NCBI GenBank assembly: GCA_963749705.1 | Contig: CAVVNQ010000003.1 | Coordinates: forward strand, 64,001-128,000 | Source of the DNA: an uncultured Chloroflexia bacterium | Lineage (GTDB): Bacteria > Chloroflexota > Limnocylindria > Limnocylindrales > CSP1-4 | Length of the DNA: 64,000 bases | Reading direction: 5' to 3' | In this document: positions 56,535 through 64,000 of the stretch, one piece after another | How the letters are laid out: each line of letters starts with the position of its first letter | How positions within the stretch are numbered: the stretch's first letter is position 1 | Translations under genes and position numbers: made by a program | The notes under the pieces: generated by a model | Database searches by the model: none | What the model was told of the DNA's origin: nothing | What the model saw: only the letters and a program-made list of their open reading frames with translations

Positions 56535-58592
56535 ATGATCGGCGGACGGCGGCCGCTCAAGGGCCGGAAGCCGGGTGACAAGCGGATCCGCGTCGAGCGC
56601 CACCACGCTCCGTACTTCCGGTACACAGGCCCCGGCCAGCTGACGGCCAAGGCTGCCGCGAGCGCGCCGACGACGGCCATGGGCCGGCTGCTGGCACGGA
56701 TCAAGGGCACGTTCATCGGCCGACCGCTCGCAAACGAGGAGGAGATCGGGGAGCGGCTGTCCAAGAAGAAGGCGCTCGCGATCTTCAGCTCGGACGCGAT
56801 CTCGTCGTCCGCCTACGCGACCGAGGAGATCGTCCTCGCATTCGTGCTCGCCGGCGTCGGCGGCGCCGCGTTCAGGCTGTCGATCGAGATCAGCATCGCG
56901 ATCGCGGTGCTGCTGGGGATCGTCGCCTTCAGCTATCGCCAGGTGTGCATCGCCTACCCGAACGGCGGCGGCTCGTACTCCGTGTCCAAGGCCAACATCG
57001 GGCGGATCGCGTCGCTCGTCGCCGCGTCGGCGCTGCTGATCGACTACACGCTGACCGTCGCGGTGTCCACCTCGTCCGCGGTCGAGCAGATCGCGTCGGC
57101 CGTCCCGGAGCTCGATCCGGTGCGCGTCGAGATCGGCATCCTCGCGATCGGGCTGATCACGCTCGGCAACCTGCGCGGCATCCGCGAGGCGGGCAACATC
57201 TTCGCGATCCCGACCTACCTGTTCCTGGGCAGCGCGTTCCTGATGATCGCCATGGGCGTGTTCCGGATCGTCGTCCAGGGGGACTCCGGTCCGCCGCCCA
57301 CGGCGGAGGTGATCGCAGCCACCAAGCAGACCGCCGAGAGCGTGGGGATCCTGATCCTGCTGCGCGCGTTCGCATCCGGCGCCGTGGCGCTGACCGGAAC
57401 CGAGGCCATCGCGACCGGCGTGCCCGCGTTCCAGCCGCCCGAATCGCGCAACGCGGCCCGGACCCTGATGACGATGGCGGTCATCCTGGGAATCCTGTTC
57501 GTCGGGATCACGTTCCTGGCGACGAACTTCCACATCCTGCCGATCGAGGAGCCCAGGGAGACGGTCGTCGCCCAGATCGCAAAACACGTCTACGGCGACA
57601 CGATCGGCTTCTACCTGTTCCAGGCGTTCACCGCGCTGCTCCTGTTCCTGGCCGCCAACACCTCGTTCGCGGCGTTCCCCCGGCTGGCGGCGGTGCTCGC
57701 CGAGGACGGGTTCATCCCGCGCCAGTTCGCGTTCCGCGGCGACCGGCTCGCGTTCTCGACCGGGATCCTGCTGCTGGGCGTGGTCGCCGCGCTGGTGGTC
57801 ACCGCCGGCGGCGGCTCGACCCATGCCCTGATCCCGCTGTACGCGGTGGGCGTGTTCATCGACTTCACGATCTCGCAGACGGGCATGGTCCGGCACTGGA
57901 TCACGAACAAGCCCCAGGGGTGGCGCTACCGCCTCGTGATCAACGCGGCGGGCGGGGTCCTGACCGGGATCATCGCGATCGTCGTGACATCGATCAAGTT
58001 CACGGCCGGCGCCTACCTGGTCGTGCTCCTGATCCCGACCCTGGTCATGCTGATGCTGTTCGTCCGCCGCCAGTACGACGGCCAGTCGAAGGAGCTCAAC
58101 GTCCGCGACGACCTCGTGTTCGACCGGCCGCGCCGCGATCAGCGGGTGGTGATCCCGGTCAACGGGATCAATCGCTCGGTCGTCCAGGCCGTGATCTTCG
58201 GCCGGTCGCTGGCGACCGATCCATCGATGCTCCAGGCCGTGTACGTCACGACCGACGCCCAGGAGGCGGAGCTCCTTCGCGAGCGCTGGGAGCGCCAGCT
58301 GCCGGGCGTGCCGCTGGTGATCGTGGAATCGCCGTATCGGGCGCTGGTCGGGCCGGTGGTCACCTATCTAGAGGTGCTCGACCGGGCGTGGCCACCCGAC
58401 CGCGAGACGCCGACCACGATCGTGGTGCTCCCCGAGTACGTGGCGCGCCACCTGTGGGACCGCATCCTGTACAACCAGACCGCCAAGCGCCTCAAGGCCG
58501 CCCTCGTGGGGCGGGAGCACACGGTGATCGCGGACGTGCCGTATCGTCGCTCCGCACACCACGACGATCAGCCTCCTCGCGCCGACGGCTGA
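56535..58592 (+). CDS. APC-family KimA/YdaO-like K+ transporter, paralog 1
   Basis: SSDAISSSAYATEEI, YPNGGGSY, ALTGTEAI, LIPLYAVGVF, cytosolic ESPYR domain. Confidence 0.88.
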   Translation: MIGGRRPLKGRKPGDKRIRVERHHAPYFRYTGPGQLTAKAAASAPTTAMGRLLARIKGTFIGRPLANEEEIGERLSKKKALAIFSSDAISSSAYATEEIVLAFVLAGVGGAAFRLSIEISIAIAVLLGIVAFSYRQVCIAYPNGGGSYSVSKANIGRIASLVAASALLIDYTLTVAVSTSSAVEQIASAVPELDPVRVEIGILAIGLITLGNLRGIREAGNIFAIPTYLFLGSAFLMIAMGVFRIVVQGDSGPPPTAEVIAATKQTAESVGILILLRAFASGAVALTGTEAIATGVPAFQPPESRNAARTLMTMAVILGILFVGITFLATNFHILPIEEPRETVVAQIAKHVYGDTIGFYLFQAFTALLLFLAANTSFAAFPRLAAVLAEDGFIPRQFAFRGDRLAFSTGILLLGVVAALVVTAGGGSTHALIPLYAVGVFIDFTISQTGMVRHWITNKPQGWRYRLVINAAGGVLTGIIAIVVTSIKFTAGAYLVVLLIPTLVMLMLFVRRQYDGQSKELNVRDDLVFDRPRRDQRVVIPVNGINRSVVQAVIFGRSLATDPSMLQAVYVTTDAQEAELLRERWERQLPGVPLVIVESPYRALVGPVVTYLEVLDRAWPPDRETPTTIVVLPEYVARHLWDRILYNQTAKRLKAALVGREHTVIADVPYRRSAHHDDQPPRADG

Positions 58593-58628
58593 CTCGCCAG
58601 CTCGCACGAGGTCGTCCCGGACAAGCCC

Positions 58629-60725
58629 ATGATCGGTGGACGCCGGCCCATGAAGGGCCGCAAGCCAGCAGACCGACGCGTTCGCGTGGAGCGGCCGCAC
58701 TCCGCCTACTTCCGCTACACGGGACCCGGCCAGCTCGTGGCCAAGCCGACCGCCTCGGTCCCCCGCTCCGGGCTCGGGCGGACGCTCGTGCGCTGGAAGG
58801 CCTGGCTGATCGGCCGGCCGCTGGCCAGTGAGGAGGAGATCGGCGAGCGCCTGTCAAAGCGCCTCGCCCTGCCGATCTTCAGCTCCGACGCGATCAGCTC
58901 GTCGGCGTACGCGACCGAGGAGATCCTGCGGGTGCTGGTGCTCGCGGGGGCTGGCGCGCTGCTCGTGTCGATCGAGGTCGCGATCGCGATCTCCGTGCTG
59001 CTCGCGGTCGTGGCGCTGTCCTATCGCCAGGTCTGCAACGCCTTTCCGGGCGGCGGTGGCGCGTATGCCGTCGCACGCCAGGAGCTGCGACCGATCCTCG
59101 GCCTGATCGCGGCCGCCGCCCTCCTGATCGACTATGTGATGACGGTCGCGGTCTCGACCTCGTCCGCGATGGACCAGCTGATCTCGATCCTGCCCGGGCT
59201 GGAGCTGCTCCGGATCGAGACCGCGGTGGGTGCGATCGCCCTGATCACGATCGCGAACCTGCGCGGGCTGCGCGAATCGGGCAACGTGTTTGCCGTCCCT
59301 ACCTACCTGTTCGTCTCGCTGGCGCTCCTGATCATCGCCAGCGGGCTGTTCCACATCGCGACCGGGACCGTCACGCCCATGCCCCGCCAGGCGGAGGCCG
59401 TGAGGCTGGGCACGGAGAGCCTGGGGATCCTGTTGATCCTCAAGGCGTTTGCCAGCGGCTCGGTCGCGCTCACCGGCGTCGAGGCGATCGCCAACGGCGT
59501 CCCGGCGTTCAAGCCGCCGGAGGCACGGAACGCCGGCAACACGATGCTCGCGATGGCGATCCTGCTGGGCACGATCTTCATCGGCGTGACCATCATCGCG
59601 AGGGTCTACAACATCGTCCCGTCCGCCGCGCTGTCCGGCGGACCGACCGTGATCGCGCTGGTCGCGCAGACCGCGTTCGGCGCCGACGGCCCGCTGCTGT
59701 ACCTGTTCCAGGTCGCCACGGCGCTGATCCTGTTCCTCGCCGCCAACACGAGCTTCAACGCCTTCCCCCGGCTGGCCGCGATCCTCGCCCAGGATGGCTA
59801 CTTCCCCCGCCAGTTCTCGTTCCGCGGTGACCGCCTGGCCTACAGCTGGGGCATCTTCCTGCTGGCCGCCATCGCGGCCGGCCTGTACGTCGCGTTCCGG
59901 GGCAATACCACGGGCCTGATCCCGCTGTACTCGGTCGGCGTGTTCGTGTGCTTCACGCTGTCGCAGGCCGGCATGGTCCTCCACTGGTACCGGGGTCGCC
60001 AGGGCGGTTGGTGGTGGCGACTGTCGGTCAATGCCTTCGGCGCCGCCCTCACCGGCGTCGTGCTGGCGATCGTGCTCCTCGAGAAGTTCGAGCACGGTGC
60101 CTACGTGGTCGCGATCCTGATCCCGACCCTGGCCGCGATGATGCTGTTCGTCAACCGGCAGTACGCGGCATCGCGCCGGCAGCTTGCGGTCCGCGACGAC
60201 TTCATCGTGCCGGCTCCGATCCGCGAGGAACGCGCGATCGTGCCGGTGCCATGGCTCAACCGGTCGGTGGTGCGCGCCGTCAACGTCGCCCGATCGATCG
60301 CCCGCGACGTCCTGGCCGTGTACATCAGCGACGACCCCGAGGCTTCGGCAGCCATGCGCGAGCGCTGGGAACGCCAGATCCCCGGCGTGCCGCTGGTGAT
60401 CGTGGAATCGCCGTATCGCGCGCTCGCCGGCCCGCTCATGGCGTACCTCGACGTGCTGGATCGGGCATGGCCGCCGGACAAGCCGCAGCCGATCACGTTC
60501 GTCGTGATCCCCGAGTACGTCGCGCGGCACTGGTGGGAGCGGCTCCTGTACAACCAGTCCGCCCGTCGACTGCGCTCGATCCTGCTCGGCCGCCCGCACA
60601 CGGTGGTGGTCGACGTGCCGTACCGGCGCGATGAGCCCGGCAAGTTCGGGATCGGCGAGGCCGAGACCGGACCGCCCACCGACGAGCAGGCGGCCGTGAA
60701 GCGCCAGGGGTCCTCCCGGCGGTAG
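58629..60725 (+). CDS. APC-family KimA/YdaO-like K+ transporter, paralog 2
   Basis: Same motifs (SSDAISSSAYATEEI, ALTGVEAIANGVPAF, ESPYR). Confidence 0.88.
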   Translation: MIGGRRPMKGRKPADRRVRVERPHSAYFRYTGPGQLVAKPTASVPRSGLGRTLVRWKAWLIGRPLASEEEIGERLSKRLALPIFSSDAISSSAYATEEILRVLVLAGAGALLVSIEVAIAISVLLAVVALSYRQVCNAFPGGGGAYAVARQELRPILGLIAAAALLIDYVMTVAVSTSSAMDQLISILPGLELLRIETAVGAIALITIANLRGLRESGNVFAVPTYLFVSLALLIIASGLFHIATGTVTPMPRQAEAVRLGTESLGILLILKAFASGSVALTGVEAIANGVPAFKPPEARNAGNTMLAMAILLGTIFIGVTIIARVYNIVPSAALSGGPTVIALVAQTAFGADGPLLYLFQVATALILFLAANTSFNAFPRLAAILAQDGYFPRQFSFRGDRLAYSWGIFLLAAIAAGLYVAFRGNTTGLIPLYSVGVFVCFTLSQAGMVLHWYRGRQGGWWWRLSVNAFGAALTGVVLAIVLLEKFEHGAYVVAILIPTLAAMMLFVNRQYAASRRQLAVRDDFIVPAPIREERAIVPVPWLNRSVVRAVNVARSIARDVLAVYISDDPEASAAMRERWERQIPGVPLVIVESPYRALAGPLMAYLDVLDRAWPPDKPQPITFVVIPEYVARHWWERLLYNQSARRLRSILLGRPHTVVVDVPYRRDEPGKFGIGEAETGPPTDEQAAVKRQGSSRR

Positions 60726-60825
60726 GCGGCCGTGCACGGTGGTATCGTGGCCCAGCGCGGCGACCGTCGCGGGCACTGCCCAGCGCCCTGTCCATCGTCG
60801 CCGACTACGCGGAGGCTCCAAGCCT

Positions 60826-61287
60826 GTGGCCGACTCGTCGGCTCCCCAATTCCGGCGCGCCGTCATCGCGCTGTCCGGCGCCAGAACAGATCGACCGATC
60901 GTCGCGCTGGCGGCAGAGCTCGCACGGACCGGACACGCGGACCTGGTCGGCGTCCATGCCGTGGAGATCGACTGGACGCTGCCTCTTGACGCGGACGTGG
61001 CCGGCCGCTCCGAGGAGGCCCAGCGCGCGCTCGACATCGCCGAGGCAACGGCCGAGGCGCACCACTACAAGCTCGAGACCGTCCTCCTCCAGGCTCGCGA
61101 CGTCGGCGCCGCGATCGTCGACGAGGCGACCGAACGCGAAGCCGACCTGGTCATCTGCGGCCTCCCGTTCCGGCGGCGCTTCGGTGGCGACTTCGCGATC
61201 GGCCGCACCATTCCCTACATCCTGCGGAACGCACCGTGCGCGGTGTGGGTGATCCGAGAAGCCATCCCCGAGGAGCAGAAAGCATGA
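60826..61287 (+). CDS. Universal stress protein
   Basis: AIVDEA..R.ADLVICG, G.T..YILRNAPCAV. Confidence 0.85.
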   Translation: MADSSAPQFRRAVIALSGARTDRPIVALAAELARTGHADLVGVHAVEIDWTLPLDADVAGRSEEAQRALDIAEATAEAHHYKLETVLLQARDVGAAIVDEATEREADLVICGLPFRRRFGGDFAIGRTIPYILRNAPCAVWVIREAIPEEQKA

Positions 61288-61931
61288 AAGCCGTGATCGT
61301 CGGGTGCGGCCGGGTCGGCGCCCGCATCGCCGACGAGCTGGACCGCGCCGGCTGGCAGGTCCTGATCATGGACCTCACGTCCGCCGCCTTCGACCGCCTC
61401 CCGTCCGGGTTTGGCGGCACGGCGCTGCGGGGCGACGGCACCGACGAGGACGTGCTGCGCCGCGCCGGCGCCGAGGATGCCGACCTGTTCCTCGCCCTGA
61501 CCGAGGGCGACAACCGCAACGTGATGGCCGCCCAGCTGGGCGTCGAGGTCCTCGGGGCGCAGCAGACGATCGCCAAGATCAACGATCCGGTCCGCGCCGA
61601 GGCCTACGCGCACCTCGGGATCGCGACGCTGTGCCGGACCAACCTGATGACCGCGGCCGTGCTCGGACACATCGGGCAGGCCGTGCCGGAGCAACCCGGG
61701 ATCTACGCGCCGGCGCTGCCGCACCCGCACCCGCCCGAATCCGAGGGCACGGCTGCCCCGGGGTTGCCGGTCGCGGCACCCTCGACCGGTGGCATGCCGG
61801 CGCCAGCCGAGGGCGGCGCGACGCCCGGGGTGACACCCGGGGTGACACCCGGCGCGACACCGGGCGGCACGGTCCCGGCGGCACCGGGTGGCGACGCAGC
61901 TCCGGGCGATCGGCCCGCGACGGAGGCCTGA
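61284..61931 (+). CDS. trkA: TrkA family protein (RCK_N only, Pro/Gly/Thr tail)
   Basis: GCGRVG, GDGTD..VL..AG, GDNRN. Confidence 0.85.
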   Translation: MKAVIVGCGRVGARIADELDRAGWQVLIMDLTSAAFDRLPSGFGGTALRGDGTDEDVLRRAGAEDADLFLALTEGDNRNVMAAQLGVEVLGAQQTIAKINDPVRAEAYAHLGIATLCRTNLMTAAVLGHIGQAVPEQPGIYAPALPHPHPPESEGTAAPGLPVAAPSTGGMPAPAEGGATPGVTPGVTPGATPGGTVPAAPGGDAAPGDRPATEA

Positions 61932-61934
61932 TCG

Positions 61935-62606
61935 ATGTTCGTGCTGGTCGTCGGCGGCGGCAAGGTCGGCTACTACCTGACCAAGGAGCTCATCGAGTCG
62001 GGGCACGAGGTCGTCCTGATGGAGCGGGATCTGCGCCGCGCGGCGCAGATCGCCGACGAGATCGGGTCGGTCGTGATCGCGCAGGACGGCTGCGAGGGCA
62101 AGTACCTCCACCAGGCGGGCGCGAACCGGGCCGACATCGTGGCGGCGGTCACGGGCGACGACGAGGACAACCTCGTGATCTGCCAGATGGCCAAGCATCA
62201 TTTCGACGTGCCGCGGACGATCGCCCGGGTCAACAACCCCAAGAACGAGCAGCTGTTCCGGCACCTCGGCGTCGACGAGATCATCAGCCCCACCCGGATG
62301 ATCCTGGGCTCGATCGAGCAGGACATCCCGGTCCACGAGCTGCTCCATCTCGCGGCCCTGGGCGTGGGCGAGCTGGAGATCATCGAGGCGCGGCTCGAGT
62401 CGGGCTCGCCGGCAATCGGCCGGATCGCCCTCGACCTGTCGGTGCCCAAGGGCTGCTCGCTGTTCGGCGTGATCCGTGACGGCGTGCCGACGCCGCTCCG
62501 GGGCGACACGGTCCTGGCGGTAGGCGACAAGGTCATCGCGATCGGCCGGCCGGACTGTGAGCCACTGCTGCGTGAGCAGCTGATCGGGGACGCCGTCGAG
62601 GCGTAG
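61935..62606 (+). CDS. trkA: TrkA family protein (RCK_N + RCK_C)
   Basis: GGGKVG, VTGDDEDNL, IARVNNP, C-terminal SPAIG...GDKV. Confidence 0.9.
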   Translation: MFVLVVGGGKVGYYLTKELIESGHEVVLMERDLRRAAQIADEIGSVVIAQDGCEGKYLHQAGANRADIVAAVTGDDEDNLVICQMAKHHFDVPRTIARVNNPKNEQLFRHLGVDEIISPTRMILGSIEQDIPVHELLHLAALGVGELEIIEARLESGSPAIGRIALDLSVPKGCSLFGVIRDGVPTPLRGDTVLAVGDKVIAIGRPDCEPLLREQLIGDAVEA

Positions 62607-62614
62607 CCCCGGCC

Positions 62615-62690
62615 GCACGCCAGGGCGCACGCCAGGGCGCACGCCGGGACGCGCGCCAGCCCGGTCGCACGTCAGGGCGCACGCCAGCCC
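62615..62690. repeat. Degenerate 12-bp tandem repeats (GCACGCCAGGGC)
   Basis: About 5-6 imperfect copies in the trkA-hsp20 intergenic region. Confidence 0.65.
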
Positions 62691-62815
62691 CGCCGACAAC
62701 CCAGCCGCGTCGCCGTCGCTCGCTTCGGCGGCTGGCCTCATCACCCCGCCGACGGCGCCTCGCTGCGGGAGGCGCACCGTCTTGGCAGGAATTCTGCGAG
62801 ATCTTGGTTAGAACT

Positions 62816-62846
62816 CTTGACAACGCCATTGTCAAGGTTTTAGCCT
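62816..62846 (+). promoter_or_regulatory. Heat-shock operon promoter with a HAIR-like operator
   Basis: CTTGACA-N7-TGTCAAG (62816-62836) overlapping TTGACA-N18-TAGCCT. Confidence 0.7.
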
Positions 62847-62945
62847 GTTCGTTGTCCGGTGATGACCCGTCTGGCCGCACCGGCAACCACTCACCACAGC
62901 ACCGTCGGTGGATCGCCGCCGGTGGATTGGCAGGAGGCTCGACCC

Positions 62946-63458
62946 ATGACGCTCGTACGCCGGTCGTCGCCCTTCAGCGAGCTGTTGACGCTTCGCCAGG
63001 CGATGGACCGCCTTTTCGATGACACCGTATTCCGTCCGTACACGGCCTACTCGGCAAACGGCGACCTCGCGCGGCTTCCGCTCGATGTCCGAACGACGCC
63101 GGATGCCCTGCTGGTGGAGGCCGAGCTGCCCGGCATGAAGCCCGAGGACGTCTCGATCACGGTCGAGAACGGCACGCTCACCATCCACGCCGAGGATCGC
63201 AGCGAGCGGTCCGAGGAGCAGGGGGACTGGCTGGTCAGGGAGATCTCCCACGGCAGCCTGATGCGGACGGTGACGCTGCCCACCGGTCTCGAGGCCGACA
63301 AGGCGGAAGCAACCTTCGAGCACGGCGTGCTCAAGCTGCGGATCCCCCGAGCCGAGCAGGTGAAGCCGCGCCAGATCCAGATCCGTCCGGTCACCGCGGG
63401 CGAGGCCCGCGCGGTCGAGGACGGTCGCGCCGTCGGCACCGGGAAGTCCGAGGCCTGA
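62946..63458 (+). CDS. Hsp20/alpha-crystallin small heat shock protein
   Basis: MDRLF, ELPG, GTLTI, F/LxR..LP, ATFEHGVLKLRIP, IQI motif; AGGAGG RBS. Confidence 0.94.
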   Translation: MTLVRRSSPFSELLTLRQAMDRLFDDTVFRPYTAYSANGDLARLPLDVRTTPDALLVEAELPGMKPEDVSITVENGTLTIHAEDRSERSEEQGDWLVREISHGSLMRTVTLPTGLEADKAEATFEHGVLKLRIPRAEQVKPRQIQIRPVTAGEARAVEDGRAVGTGKSEA

Positions 63459-63461
63459 CGG

Positions 63462-63866
63462 ATGGCGGCGGCGCGCCGGCCGGACCGGGACCCCACCAGA
63501 CCTGTCTACGTCATCAGCGTGGCCGCGACCCTCGTGTCCGCGCACCCGAGGACGCTGCGGATCTACGAGGGCGAGGGACTGATCTGCCCGGCGCGCACGC
63601 CGACGAACATCCGCCTCTACTCCGAAGAGGACATCCGCCGGATCCTGTGGATCCGGCATCTCACCCAGGATCGCGGCGTCAACCTCGCCGGGGTCCGCAC
63701 GCTGTTCGAGCTCGAGGAGCGCCTCGGCCAGCGGATCCTCGAGGCGCTCTACGACGAAGGAACCCGCGACAAGCCCCGGGACGGAACCGCCGAAGCCACG
63801 GCGGGACGCACGGCCGGCTCCGCAGGGACCGCACCGGACAACGGCTCCGGAGCGAAAGACCGATGA
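63462..63866 (+). CDS. hspR: HspR-like MerR family heat-shock repressor
   Basis: PVYVISVAA.L...HPRTLRIYE..GL..P.RT, LTQDRGVNLAGV. Confidence 0.85.
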   Translation: MAAARRPDRDPTRPVYVISVAATLVSAHPRTLRIYEGEGLICPARTPTNIRLYSEEDIRRILWIRHLTQDRGVNLAGVRTLFELEERLGQRILEALYDEGTRDKPRDGTAEATAGRTAGSAGTAPDNGSGAKDR

Positions 63867-63942
63867 ACAACCCCAGCCGGAATCAACACCGCAACCGAAC
63901 CGTCGCGCCGGGCCAGCCGGGCGACAACGCAAGGAGAACCTG

Positions 63943-64000
63943 ATGGCCAAGCGACCGTCGAACCCGGAGGAGCAGCAGGCAGCCTCCGCGCCGCGCGAGC
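63943..64000 (+). CDS. 5' end of a gene cut by the window edge (possibly a chaperone-operon member)
   Basis: AAGGAG RBS then ATG, open to the end of the window (MAKRPSNPEEQQ...). Confidence 0.55.
   Translation, partial: MAKRPSNPEEQQAASAPRE

Noticed and set aside
62808-62834. CIRCE element (TTAGAACTC resembles TTAGCACTC)
   Set aside because: No matching right half-site at the 9-nt spacing; the HAIR-like palindrome explains the region better
63863-63943. 26-codon ORF bridging hspR and the next gene
   Set aside because: Too short and featureless to support; the next gene has its own RBS

Overview
High-GC bacterial chromosomal segment. Gene content and protein style suggest an uncultured Chloroflexota or Actinomycetota-like soil organism (inference). 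1-8.5 kb: end of an acetoacetyl-CoA synthetase, then an envelope module with two ABC exporters, lipoproteins, an orphan NarL-type kinase and a small ORF, all sharing a GGG-N4-CCC upstream motif. 8605-8680: tRNA-Arg(CCG), followed by an IS-end-like repeat and a ~3 kb Fic + methyltransferase islet closed by a degenerate copy of the tRNA 3' end. 11.7-39 kb: accessory detoxification and resistance region with four VOC proteins, a SigG-like ECF, AzoR, PadR/TetR/AraC units, an FAD monooxygenase, rifampin phosphotransferase, a Vat/CatB acetyltransferase, an adenylate cyclase, a two-component system and a GGDEF/HD-GYP protein. 39-64 kb: core-like genes, including thioesterase, acyP, holB, an NYN nuclease with a long disordered tail, livKHMGF, hpt, csoR, rsmG, tandem KimA-like transporters with USP and two TrkA proteins, and hsp20-hspR. 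Best candidates for something new: (1) a ~200-nt structured RNA behind a DnaA-box-flanked promoter that overlaps the rsmG start; (2) an NYN RNase with an RNase E-like scaffold; (3) a LivG ATPase with a transmembrane hairpin inserted in its nucleotide-binding domain. Three single-base frameshifts look like assembly errors. All calls come from reading motifs by eye; no database search was run.
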